Made by a program: the position numbers and the translations under genes. From Podarcis vaucheri (taxonomy: Eukaryota), in assembly GCA_965113315.1 (NCBI GenBank), contig OZ220368.1: a stretch of 64,000 nucleotides of DNA; one strand, 5' to 3'. This document shows, piece after piece, positions 34,427 through 46,503 of the stretch (positions within the stretch are counted from its first letter, which is position 1; every line of letters starts with the position of its first letter). The notes beneath the pieces were generated by a model. That model ran no database searches, was not told the origin of the DNA, and saw only the letters and a list, made by a program, of their open reading frames with translations.

Positions 34427-35910
34427 CAAACACACAGAGAGACTGTGATAAACACAGATAAAATCAGGATTAGGGTCATGCGTGTGGCCATACCAAATCG
34501 AAGCATGGAGAGTGTGCATTCACCTCAGCATTCATGAACTTAGGAGTCTAGAATAAGGGAAGTTCTGTCAACCACAGATGGGCAAAAACCCATGTGCAAT
34601 ACCCACCCTAGCTCATGTTTCTTCAGAATAATAATTTTAGAAATCCTGAATTTTGTCTCAGGCCAGGGCATGAGATGAGAGTTTCACCTGGCTTAAATTT
34701 GCTGTTGCAAAGATCCTCGTTTTGAATTCTGTATTTTAGTTATCAGTTTTGAATATGTTATTATCTCACACTGAGCCCCGAGAGAGAGAATGGTTTTGCA
34801 TGTTGCTGCAGGCACTGCTTTTTCGGCACAGGAATGTGACTCGTTTAAAAACATTAAATCATAATAAATATAAATCCATCACATTGCTCAGGCATCGTAT
34901 CAAACTGGAAAGGGCACAACGCTGCTATTTGAGGTGGCGTGCATGTGGGCACCTGCATTCAATCCTCCCCGATTCCTGATCCAATGATTTGACGTATGTT
35001 TTAAGCATTCACTTTTGCCAAAGTTCCCTAGGTGATATTGAATAGCACAGCTTCATTTCCCCTAACTGAGCTTGCTTAATCAAAGAAAAGAACTTGTCAA
35101 ACGAATTCCAGTTAAAGCTTTGCCTAACCCCAGCTGCCAGACCAACGAGAGCTCTTTGCAAAGCTCTCAGCACGTTAGCAACACTTCAAACTGGATTTAA
35201 CATTTTAAATTTTAAACCATTTTTTTTTAAAAAAAAACAACAACAAAAAACCTCGAGCTGTTAGAAAGCCCAGATGTAACACCGTGCAAGTTGGCGTTAG
35301 AATACCTTAGTTACTCTGGCAACAAAACAAATTGGAGAATTGACAGATGTGACTGCTGAAGGCTGAGATTACAAACTACGATGATGAGGAACATCTTTTC
35401 TTTCCGCTTTTGGTGTTCGTTTAGGATCCCGGATCTATTTAGCAGAAATGTTCATTAAATGACAATTCTGCTTTTTTCTTGGATTTTCCCATCAAAAGTC
35501 AAACTGTAGAGCCATGACATGGGTGGGGGCCTCAATCTTCCCCTCCTTGATTTTCAAAGCCTGCTGGTTTATACAACAGCAGTAACAAAAGTGGCACCAT
35601 CACCACCTCACTGCAGGTACTGTCTGTGCCAGCTAACCATAAGGAAGGAAGGGACCAAATTATGAGTTCAGCTTGCATTAGTGACTCAGAGCTCTAAGCA
35701 CTACACACACCAGCTCTATCTGTGGCACAGTTCTGTAGCAGACCAGCCTTTCACTCAGGTATTTTCCTTTGGGAGGGCATCTAAGCCTATAAAAACAGAC
35801 TCATTGCCTTGTATGATCAGGCAAAGGTCCAGATTCTGTTTGTATCAGAAGTCCCCACTATGTCTCATACTAAGCAAGCCCCTTGGCTAATTCCCACATA
35901 TATAATGGAA

Positions 35911-36152
35911 CAGTGGTACCTCGGGTTACAGACGCTTCAGGTTACAGACACTTCATGTTACAGACTCCGCTAACCCAGAAATAGTACCTCGGGTTAAGAA
36001 CTTTGCTTCAGGATGAGAAGAGAAATCGTGCTCCAGCGGCGCGGCAGCAGCAGGAGGCCCCATTAGCTAAAGTGGTGCTTCAAGTTAAGAACAGTTTCAG
36101 GTTAAGAACGGACCTCCAGAACTAATTAAGTTCTTAACCCAAGGTACCACTG
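35911..36152. mobile_element. Tc1/mariner (Tigger-like) MITE
   Basis: TIRs CAGTGGTACCTCGGGTT / AACCCAAGGTACCACTG. Confidence 0.85.
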
Positions 36153-36541
36153 TATAAGCAAAGCCATCTCCCTAAACAGGGTCAGTCTGGAATTTGAATC
36201 TATAGTATGTTTGGTGTTCTATCATGTTTTTATATGTGCTGGAAGCTGCCCAGAGTGGCTGGGGCAACCCAACCAAATGGGTGGGATATAAATAAAATTG
36301 CTGTTGTTGTTGACTCTTCCAAAACAAGAGTCATGCCCTCTAGTGCTGTGGTCCCCAGTGAGCTAAGTATTGCAGACCCCTTGTTTTTCAAAAGCCAAGC
36401 TATGGACCCCCTACTTTAGAAAGAAAGAAAAAAGTTACATCTCCATGGTAGCTTTTGTTATGTGAATGGTGCCACAGACCCACTGGGCAGGTTACTACCA
36501 ACTGGGAAGGCGACTAGTCCAGTCCAGGCTCACCAATCTCT

Positions 36542-36782
36542 GAGAGCCAGTGTGGTGTGGTGGTTAAGAGCAGTAGTCTCGTAATCTGGGGAACCGGGTT
36601 TGAGTCTCCGCTCCTCCACATGCAGCTGCTGGGTGACCTTGGGCCAGTCATACTTCTTTGAAGTCTCTCAGCCCCACTCACCTCACAGAGTGTTTGTTGT
36701 GGGGGAGGAAGGGAAAGGAGAATGTTAGCCGCTTTGAGACTCCTTAAAGGGAGTGAAAGGCGGGATATCAAATCCAAACTCT

Positions 36783-36814
<32 letters not shown>
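36542..36814 (+). mobile_element. tRNA-derived SINE (Squam3-like)
   Basis: Same family with (CTT)n tail. Confidence 0.8.
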
Positions 36815-37097
36815 TATGTACCCAAAGACTGAAAAGGTCTTTTGTTAGTTCATCACTCTGCTTTGTACCAACAGATCAGGCTGTAACCTTTCTTTTCCCT
36901 TTGTCTTACAATAATATATATGATTAAAACAGCCATAAAAAACACAATTCTCTTAATGTATGCAGTGGGAGGAAGTTGGTCCCATTTCACGTTCTATTCC
37001 ATGTGCCTGGGTAGCTCAGCTGGTTACAACGTGGTGCTGATAATGCTGGGGTACAGGACAGTTTCATAGTCCTGCATTGCAGAGCGGCTGACTAGAT

Positions 37098-37416
37098 CAG
37101 GGGTCAGCAAACTTTTTCAGCAGGGGGCCGGTTCACTGTCCCTCAAGACCTTGTGGGGGGCTGGATTATACTTTGGGGGGGGTGAATGAATTCCTATGCC
37201 CCACAAATAACCCAGAGATGCATTTTAAATAAAAGCACACATTCTGCTCATGTAAAAATACCAGGCAGGCCCCATAAATAACCCAGAGATGCATTTTAAA
37301 TAAAAGGTCACATTCTACTCATGTAAAAACACGCTGATTCCCAGACCGTCAGTGGGCCAGATTTAGAAGGCAATTGGGCCAGATCCAGCCCCCGGGCCTT
37401 AGTTTGCCTACCCATG
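37098..37416. mobile_element. hAT (Charlie-like) MITE inserted into a SINE
   Basis: Perfect 8-bp TSD GACTAGAT; internal ~70-bp tandem duplication. Confidence 0.85.
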
Positions 37417-37813
37417 GACTAGATGATTCTCTAGTCACTTCCAACCCTACGATTCTATTACTCTTATGTTGCTCAAGAAACCTTTAAAATGATCCCACCC
37501 TACCGTATATCACCTCAGTAGATTGGAAGGCATACAAATTGGCTGAAATACCTCGGGGGAAAGTGTGCGCGGTCTTTTCACCAAATGCAGCCAAGTCACT
37601 CCTCGCAATGCAGACCAAGGTTGCTTGCACTCCAGCATTCATAGTAAGCTGCCAGGAAGCGGATTTTGCAACGGTGACTATTAGGCAGCAAGGGCATGGA
37701 GACTCATCCCCCCCGCCCCCCCACACCCCGCAACTCTGAAATGCAGGGGGTTGGACTAGATGCCTCGCGTGGTCCTTTCCAACTTTACAATTCTATTATT
37801 CTATGTTCTAGGC

Positions 37814-38269
37814 CAGGGGTCTGCAACCTTTAAGACAAAAAGAGCCACTTGGACCTGTTTCTGAAGAAAAAAAACCTGGGGAAAAAACTCGTCATTATGA
37901 AAATAACTTTTTTGTCACTTTTTTATTATTTCTTTGTTTGACCCCTCAGAATTACTCCTCCTCATAGAAATAAACGTTAAATTAACAAGTTACCTTTTTT
38001 GTGTGTGTGTTCTTCACTCCCCTTCAAAACAGTGACCAGCGTACATGCCCCTTACAATGTAGCGGGCGGGCGGGAAGGTGACGTCGGGACGGTGCGTGAC
38101 TAATGCACGCACCACCCCCATGCGACATCACAGTCAGTACAGCGCCCGCCACAGTGGGGAGTGTCGGGGCGCACAATGCGCCTCCTCCCCTCGATAGTAT
38201 CCGCCCCGGAGCCGCGGCAAAGGTGTAAAAGAGCCACATGCGGCTCCGGAGCCGCGATTTGCAGACCCG
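37814..38269. mobile_element. hAT non-autonomous element
   Basis: TIRs CAGGGGTCTGCAA / TTGCAGACCCG; 8-bp TSD TTCTAGGC. Confidence 0.8.
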
Positions 38270-39781
38270 TTCTAGGCTATGGAAATATTATTCCCACTCA
38301 CATAAACTGCAAGGAAACTGAGGCGCTCCTCCATTCATCCTCATCCTCAGATGGATAATAATTATTAATTATTATTAAATTATTATTATTAATTAATTTA
38401 TTATTATATTATTATTTTTTATTTATAGGAAGAGAGAAGGTGGCCAATTTCTGAATGGGCAAGTGGTTGGAAGAAGGGCTGCCTCACCTACAGTCAGGGG
38501 CTGCAAAAGGTTTTGCTCTTCAATGGCATCCTGAGACTGATGGGCAGAATTTCTCAGAACCACATGGATTGAGTGGTGGGCAGGCTCTGATGACTCTGAA
38601 TCCATGCCTGAGCCAATCAGAGGGACTGAAAGGAGGAGCCTGCATTTCTGAACACCAAGATTCCAACCCAGCAGAATGCAAGGAGAGACTTCCAAAATAC
38701 ATTTTTTTCAAAAAAGCATTGAACATCCACCAATCAGCTGTTTGGCAGGGAAGAGAACAGAATCCATTTCTCTGTTCCAAACAACTAGTCAGTGGGACAC
38801 CAGTTTTCCAGAACTGGAAATGCATGCACAGGAACGCTTACTGCATTTGGTGTCTCCCATTCAGCCACAGATGCACACCCAGAAATCTCTCTCTGCGCAT
38901 GTATGTCCCTTAGTTGGAAGGGGAGACAAAATGATAATTCTTACACTGCACTTTATTTTTGCAGAGCCATCTCCTTGCTGTTGCTTCAGCTACAAAGGAG
39001 AAAGAACGAACTTCTGTGTGCCAATGTGCTCTTTTGGAACCTGCTTCGCTGCGCAGTGTGCCAGTCGACAATGTGCAGGTCTGCCAGACGCAGTTGCCAC
39101 CAGCTGTCACCGCATTTTGCAGCCGCAGCTAGAAGCACAACTGCTTGGAACGAGCAAAACTGACACTGCCCCATTTCAATACGGAAATCGAGTTTGGGAA
39201 CGGCGGCAGACCCAACTGAATAGAGACAAAACAGCCGCCCATGAACTGTTTAATGAGCTCAGCTCTCACTAAATGTGAGCCAGCATAGCGGAGGAATTAA
39301 TTTACTGTAAGATTAGGATGCTTTGCCTGCTTTCCCATGGGAAAAATAGAACCCGTTTGCTGAATTATGTGGAATGAGGGTATTATTATTTAAGAGAGTA
39401 CATTTCAGGCTATTTGTGCATCAGAAGTGACTTTTGGAGAGAGCCTTGCAAACAAACCCAATAAACTTACTGGCCTCTACAAATGATATTAGCTTGTCTA
39501 TCCACTCATAGACGCTCCTTCCTTGGAGGTTTCCAAGCAGAGTTTGGATGACCATCTGTCAGGGATGCTTTAGTTGAGATTACTGTACCTGCTTAGTCCC
39601 ACTTAAAAGTGAAGGGTGCTGGAGACATTAACAAAGAGCCATCACCTGTGGCCGAAACTATGTTAGGCAAGCCAGCAGCCTGCATCCCCAAATGCTGATA
39701 GCTCGCTAATCCCACCTTGCTGCAATGGGCACTCATTATGCAAAGTTAGGGATGCTTCAAGGTCCAAATATATCGGAATTA

Positions 39782-40004
39782 CAGTGCTACCTCGGGTTAC
39801 ATACGCTTCAGGTTACAGACTCCGCTAACCCAGAAGTACCTCGGGTTAAGAACTTTGTTTCACGATGAGAACAGAAATCGTGCTCCAGTGGCGAGGCAGC
39901 GGCAGGAGGCCCCATCAGCTAAAGTGGTGCTTCAGGTTAAGAACAGTTTCAGGTTAAGAACAGACCTCCAGAACAAATTAAGTTCTTAACCCGAGGTACC
40001 ACTG
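39782..40004. mobile_element. Tc1/mariner (Tigger-like) MITE
   Basis: Same family; TA TSD. Confidence 0.85.
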
Positions 40005-41386
40005 TACATGCACACAGTTAGTTCCCAGGCCGCCTGGTACTTGGCAGAATTTGTAATGGAGTGCTAGTATATCTAACTGATATATATATATATATATAGT
40101 CACCATTAGACAAACAGGAAGATGTCTCTGTCTCCATACCAAATGCATCCATTTTGGAGGGGAGGATATAAGACTTGAGAGGAGGTGGAAATAACATTAC
40201 TGCAATGCAAATGCCCTACCCTTCCAGAGCTGCCATTAGCCATAGAAAGCGGGCAGGATATACAGGATTTTCTTCTAGATCAGGGATGGTGAACTGATGC
40301 TCTCCAAATAGGACTCCAAGTCCCATCAGCCCCTGCCAACATGGGCAATGCTAAGAAACCATGGGAGTTGCAGGCCAGCAAAATCTGTGAGATTCAAAAC
40401 TTCTAAATTACACATGGTTTGGCTTTTATTTTTGTATTTGCTGGAAAGTAAGGAAGAAGCAGCTAGTATATCTGGGTCTGGTTATACTTTCTTGGAATAA
40501 GCCGAGAAATATATGGACAGAGCTGCCTGACCCATCACTATCATCATCAAGCCTTACTGGACCAGCGCTTCATGAAAAAATCTGGGACTCGCCCTGCTTA
40601 TCCTCTTGCAAATCTGGTAGCAATCCTGGCGCATGCCTAGTTAGAAATAGGCTCTACAAAATCCATGAAAGTTGCATTATGGTTCGAACAGAATCACAGA
40701 ACTGTAGAGTCTGGAGGAACCCCCAGAGAAATCTAGTCCAACCCCCTGCAGTGCAGGAATTAACGAATGCAGCCCTTCTCAAAGCCAGTTTCAGGACTTG
40801 GGTGAATCCTATTCGCACTAAATTTCAGGGGCCCATGAACAATCGCACTAAAACTCTCGTTTTGTTTTTAATCCGGATTTTTATGAGCACGGAACCTAAA
40901 AGTAGGACTGCCAAGAAAGGGATTTTAAAAAAAAATCTTGCAACAATCTCAATTGCTGCGTCACTTTTCGACTGGTGCAACCTCTCCCGAGAAGGAAAGG
41001 GTTTTATCTGGCGTTTTCCTGCAGGCGCCCTCCCTCCCCGGATTAGCAGAGAAGAATCCCATTGAATGCATTGCAGGTCGCATACCTACGCGCTCGGAGG
41101 CTTAATACAAGGCACGGCTCCCCTCGCGACTCCCCTAAGGGCTCCCACCTTTGCAATGCACGGCTCGCAGTAGAGGGGACGGCAGCCAATCATTGGAAAG
41201 GAAGCAAACGACGTCCCGCCTCTGCAACCGGCTTGTGTGGCTCAGGTTGTCTTTCACTCAAGTCTTGGGCAAAATTCTCACGCCTGGTTGCATAAACACC
41301 TGCATGCTGCCCTCTAGCGTTCATGCTTTTAATTTTCACCGCAAGGTGCTCTTTTCTGCCTGGTATCGGAATCATAGGATTGTATA

Positions 41387-41595
41387 CAGTGGTACCTCGG
41401 TTTACAGACGCTTCAGGTTACAGACTCCACTAACCCAGAAATAGTACCTCGGGTTAAGTACTTTGCTTCAGGATGAGAACAGAAATCATGCGGCAGCAGC
41501 GGGAGGCCCCATTAGCTGAAGTGGTGCTTCAGGTTAAGAACAGGTTAAGAATGGACCTCCAGAACGAATTAAGTTCTTAACCTGAGGTACCACTG
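41387..41595. mobile_element. Tc1/mariner (Tigger-like) MITE
   Basis: Same family; TA TSD. Confidence 0.85.
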
Positions 41596-43492
41596 TAGTT
41601 ATAATAATAATTTATTATTTTGTATCCCGCCCATCTGGCTGGGCTTCCCCAGTTACTCTGGGAGGCTCCCAACAAAATATTTAAAACACAATAAAACATC
41701 AAACATTAAAAACTTCCCTAAAAAGGGTTGCCTTCAGAGGTCTTCTAAAAGTCAGATAGTTGTTTATTTCCTTTGGAATTATAAGAGTTGGAAGGGACCA
41801 CAAGGGTCATCTAATCCACCCCTCTGCAACATGGGGCTCAAACCCACAAACCTCAGGTTAAGAGCCTCCTGCTCTACCGAGATATTTGCAAGCTACTTTT
41901 TAAAGACAGGAGCGACAACATAGCAATTGGCATTGTTTTTTGTTTCGTTTTAGTAGCACGTTTCAGCTTTTTGTTGAATAATAAAAAAAAAAACGGTCTT
42001 GGCGAGTTTGTAATGAATATCCAGGAATGGGTTTTTGAATTTAGGTGCAGGTATCAGCCTAGTGTTGGGAAATGACTATTGAGACACAAATGCGGCCTTC
42101 AGCTCTAGTAAGAACATTCATCCTCCTTCTGTTATCGCTCATTACTTTTCGGTGCCCAAGGAACAGGACCGCTGTCATACCTAATTACATGGAAGACATT
42201 TAGAGAGATCCTGTGCTTAATATAGGAAAAGTTAGAGGATTTTGGCTTGGCCTCCAATTTTGATGTAATGCGACCTTTCTTCATCCCACTGAAGCAATCT
42301 TTGGAATGGAACATTGGCATCCCTCTGCGTCGGAAGACAATGGAAGAGTGAGCCTTCAGGGGTGGTCGAAGCGTTGGGGAGTTACAGCGCCTGCTGTGGC
42401 TGTAGAGACCGGATATGGGAGAGACATGTTTTGTTGCAACTAGGGCAGATGAAGGTATCTGGTTGTGCTGCTGCAGAAGCACTGTGGCGTTTCGTCTGTG
42501 CTCCAAAAACTGTGATCGTAAAATACCATTTAGCGTAATTCTCCCTCCTTCATCCCATTGATCCCAATCTTTAAGGACTGATTCAATCATTGCACTTTGG
42601 AGATGGGACAACGTTGTTGCCTCTTCCTTTTGCTTGGGCAGCTTCAAAGCTCAGCACCACCACCCTACTGGGTAAAAATATTTCTTGTGTAACTATGTAC
42701 AAAACCACACTGTATGGACAAAAAGAGAGCTATCCTCACCGATACAACATGGATGCAGCCATTTTTAAAAAATAATAATCTGGCCCTTTGGACATACAAT
42801 TGCACAATTTTAAAAATAATTTTAAAGGGTGTGGCAGAGGCGATACAGTGTAAATATGCTTGGAATAGCTGCAGAGTGTGTTAAAACAAGAAGGGAAAGT
42901 GGCCGTCCCTCCACCTTGCAAGTACTCAATTTATTTGTGATGCTTTAGAGCAGTTTCCTTAAGATTTCTCCAGCATTAGCCTAAATAATCCACACAGAAT
43001 TGTAGAGTTGGAAAGGACCACAAGGGTCATCTAGTCTAACCCCCCTGCAGTGTAGGAATCTTTTGCCCAATGTGGGGTTCGAACCCACGACCCCCGAGAT
43101 TAAGAGTCCTGTGCCCTACTGAGCTATTCCCTCCTTCCTACCTTGAAACATCCATGTGGGAATAGGGATGGGCAAGTCTGTCCCACCCTAACTTAATTCC
43201 AGCTGCATTTTAATATTTGCATTTCTGAAGTAGGACAAGCGCTGACAGGAATCTTCCTCTTCCATTTTAAGAATGAATATGGGGAGTTTTCTACTCCGAG
43301 CCTCAGGGTCTCAAGCTTCCAATCTGCACAGTTATTCAAGTATCTTAGGGAAGTGAAGTGATAGAACAGGAGAATATGCTTTTGAGCTGAAAACAGGGTT
43401 ATGGTATGGTGATTGAATGTCATTGGCTGTGTGAAAACAGATGAATGCTTGGCAAAGAAAAAAGAACACAGAAACAATGCAAAAGTGAATAA

Positions 43493-43509
43493 TTTATTAG
43501 ATCTTTAAT
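43493..43509 (-). terminator. RNPC3: RNPC3 poly(A) signals
   Basis: ATTAAA (43509-43504) and AATAAA (43498-43493) followed by a GU/U-rich downstream element; candidate terminal-exon acceptor CGTTCCAG| (exon start 43706). Confidence 0.65.
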
Positions 43510-44610
43510 TGAAACATTTTCCACCTCCACTATGTGACTTGCTGGAAGGTCTTCCATTGTTTAAAAGTACACAACACACCTAAGGTTAGCAGAACATTTC
43601 TGTCGTGTTTTAAATACATGTTAAATGCTTTTACGCACTGTTGAATAGTTCGGCCGACCGTGGATCTTCTTTCCAGAGCTTGAAAGACAGGGAACTCAAA
43701 ACGAACCTGGAACGATTTAAAGGTGCATTGAAAACACACATTTCTAAAGTGGAAGACTGAAAAGTTTGGATAATAAGAAAAACTAGGATGGAGAGCTCGT
43801 GAGCAAAAGTCTGCTCCTGCTATGGGCAAAGAGGGAGGGAATTTTTACCAAATCCGTCTTCCCTCAAAAACACCCTACAGCCAGCAAAAGCTGTTCCAGG
43901 GGTTTGGGGGACCATTAGGAAGAGTATGGAATGCAATAGGGGACGGCTGCAGGAAAAAAGTTAGCAACATCCCATCAGGATGGGACCCATGCAGACCCCT
44001 CTTGTAAATGGAAAGAGCATTTCTTTTTGCAGGGCTGTGGTTTTGAGTTCTAAGGGATCCAAGGCTAAAACTGTCTCTGGAACAGCTGTATTTTACTGTA
44101 ACGTGCTAGCCTGAGAACAAATTAGAAAGCAGCAAGAAAGACTAAGCAGAAGATCATTTAGTTTGCTCCATTTATACCGCTTCACTTGCTGCTCTCTATC
44201 CAGTAAGGAGGATTACAAAAAAGCAGCTAAAGATGCATATTGTATTTGCTATGGAGGTGTTGCTGTTTTCCTCTGGACACCATGAGATTGGAAGATGGTT
44301 AAAAATATAGAGTTGAGGCCAGATCTTCAGTTGGTAAACAGCATTTAAAACTCTACCAACGTAAGCAGAGAGGTTTACACTTGCTGAAGGCCTGGCAGCC
44401 CAAAATTGCGCTACTGTTAATATGAGGATTTTTTTTTAAAGTACATTTTAAGGCTATAAACTTCCATGGGTACCCTGATAAGTTAACAAACAGGGGCTAT
44501 GTTTAGTAAAATAACAAACTATTACTAGAGATCTGCTAGATGACCACCTAGAGCAATGCTAAGAGAACACCAGAACCTTATACTAGAAAAAAAGATGTAT
44601 ATATACAAAA

Positions 44611-44634
44611 AAAGGATACAGCAAGAAAGGATAC
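44611..44634 (-). promoter_or_regulatory. RNPC3: USSE (U11 snRNP-binding splicing enhancer) in the RNPC3 3' UTR intron
   Basis: Tandem U12 5' splice-site motifs GTATCCTTT-CTTGCT-GTATCCTTT, 46 nt downstream of U2-type acceptor TTCTGCTGTTCTTCTTTAG| (exon start 44680). Confidence 0.9.
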
Positions 44635-46428
44635 ACTTTGCATGACACAGTATTACTGCAGTATTTAGGCAGGAATGTTTCTAAAGAAGAACAGCAGAAT
44701 GCGGTTTAATCCTTTTATTCTCTGTTACAGCTTTCATTCTTTAGACTACCTATTTTAAAACAGTGGTCAATTTTTAAATCTTCAGACCAAATGCACCAGG
44801 AACTCGGGAGAACAGCTCTGAATCCAATACAAAGAATATAGTATTAACTATTTGATCAGTACAATGCCAGAATATGCACCAGAATTCTGGCTTTTTGCCA
44901 TGTTCAAAAGCTAAGCATTTCTGTCTCCAATGTAGTTTTTGCTAGAAGTTAGCCAGCTCTAGAATGTATTAGCATGGTCCCGCTACAATTCTGCTGGCTA
45001 CCCAGCCATAACAAATATATCTTTAAAAATGTTTTCTGGGAAATGATGCATCAGGAGGCCACTTATCATGAGACAACTTTTGTCTGCTACTTTTGCTCCT
45101 TTTTTAAGCATAAAAACCAATCGGGAAAGAGTGGTTTTTGTAACATTCGTATTCCTTGAGTGGAGCCTATCTCCTGCTTATGGCACTGTGCTGCACATTT
45201 GCTATTCTGGTGAGATCAGGGGAGGAGAGAAAAAGAGGAATTTCCCCAATCTTGCACTGATCCTTGGAGAGAGACAAACTTGGAAGGAGACAGAAACTTT
45301 CCTCTGCTGTTATGCAGAGGCAAAGAAAGTCAGAGACGAAAATCTGTCCCTCCCCCTTCAGGAGGAGGAAGGCAAGCACAATTTCTGACTGGCTACCAAA
45401 GCTACAGGACCGCAGCAATAAGAAATATCCATCTTTAAAAAGACACTGCAATACAATGGATACATTATTTTCATCTGTAGCTATTTTTGCCAAACAACTG
45501 ATGGAAATTATACAATCATTTTAGCAAAGGTTATGGAAGCCAGTAACACAACAGAATGCAATTTTATTTATAAAGGTCAAACTTCAGCAGCATGCTCAAC
45601 CTGCAATTTGCCAGCCCCCCCCCCCCCCCGGTCTATGACCATCAGCAATTCAGGCTGGTAAACAAAAATGAACGTTGTGATTACTGGAAAATACGGATGA
45701 AAACACTCAAAACCAACGCTCCGATTTGCTTCCAGATGGTCATTTGCAATACTACAAGCATACTTGACTGGCTAGATGTGTCTTTTTTTAAAATGAATGT
45801 GCATCTGCGCCTAGGGCCACCTGCTGTTAGTTATTGCATCTTCAAGAAACAAAATGCTAGGGGCAGTTTACAAACATAAAACATGCAGTATCATAAATGA
45901 TAACAAAGCGATTGTAGCAGCCATACAACTTGATCTTAGATCAAGGGCCAGAGACCCCACAGTTCTAGGAGAACAGTGGAAGAGGAGTCCAAAGACCAAA
46001 TTCGTTTGCACTCTGACATTCTATGACTGATGACACAATGAATGCAAAAGGTTATATTTATTAAAAAAATTCTCAGCCAGAAAGAAAAAACGTGCTGCTG
46101 TGTTGATCAAGCAGAAGTTAGAAGTCTTTTCTTAAACCAGCTCCTGTTGGTGGTCAAGGCGTGTTTGTCACCGGAAAGCAAACCTGTGTCTGGATTGTAC
46201 CACTTCGATGACACATTGATGGAACGTTGCTCACACAAGGAGATTCCTGTTGCACATCGAAAGCTGGCGCATCAGGAAGGAGGCTAGTAGGGAACGCATC
46301 TCACCACCTAGTTTTCTAAGTCAAGTCTAAGTCAGGTTTACCAGTTCAGACGCAACGCAGCCATGCTCTCTGTGCTTTGCATTTTTTTAAGTTAGGGCAA
46401 AATGGAATACAAGGGAGTTTACTTACCT

Positions 46429-46503
46429 TCAGGGTCTTCTCCCCTTCTCTTTTCTCCTTTCCTCTTTGGGATCCGGCTTTGGTCTTGCAGATCGAGCAAA
46501 TTG
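46429..46503 (-). CDS. RNPC3: RNPC3 exon 14 (coding part)
   Basis: QFARSARPK...GRRP-TGA; donor GTAAGT begins at 46426, 2 nt after the stop. Confidence 0.93.
   Translation of the reverse strand, partial: QFARSARPKPDPKEERRKEKGRRP

Noticed and set aside
36542-36620. tRNA genes at SINE heads (also about 1820, 11514, 63490)
   Set aside because: A/B-box tRNA-like heads continue directly into SINE bodies and tails; they are not standalone tRNAs.
38455-39272. Overlapping 152-198 aa ORFs
   Set aside because: No recognisable domain, no supporting splice architecture, and low-information composition; probably chance ORFs.
42132-42647. 171-aa minus-strand ORF downstream of RNPC3
   Set aside because: Non-ATG start, no recognisable homology, and it lies beyond the RNPC3 poly(A) signal. 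A BLASTP search would settle it.
44611-44634. GTATCCTTT motifs as real U12 intron donors
   Set aside because: The tandem arrangement close behind a U2 acceptor fits the non-splicing USSE, and I found no matching U12 branch site downstream.
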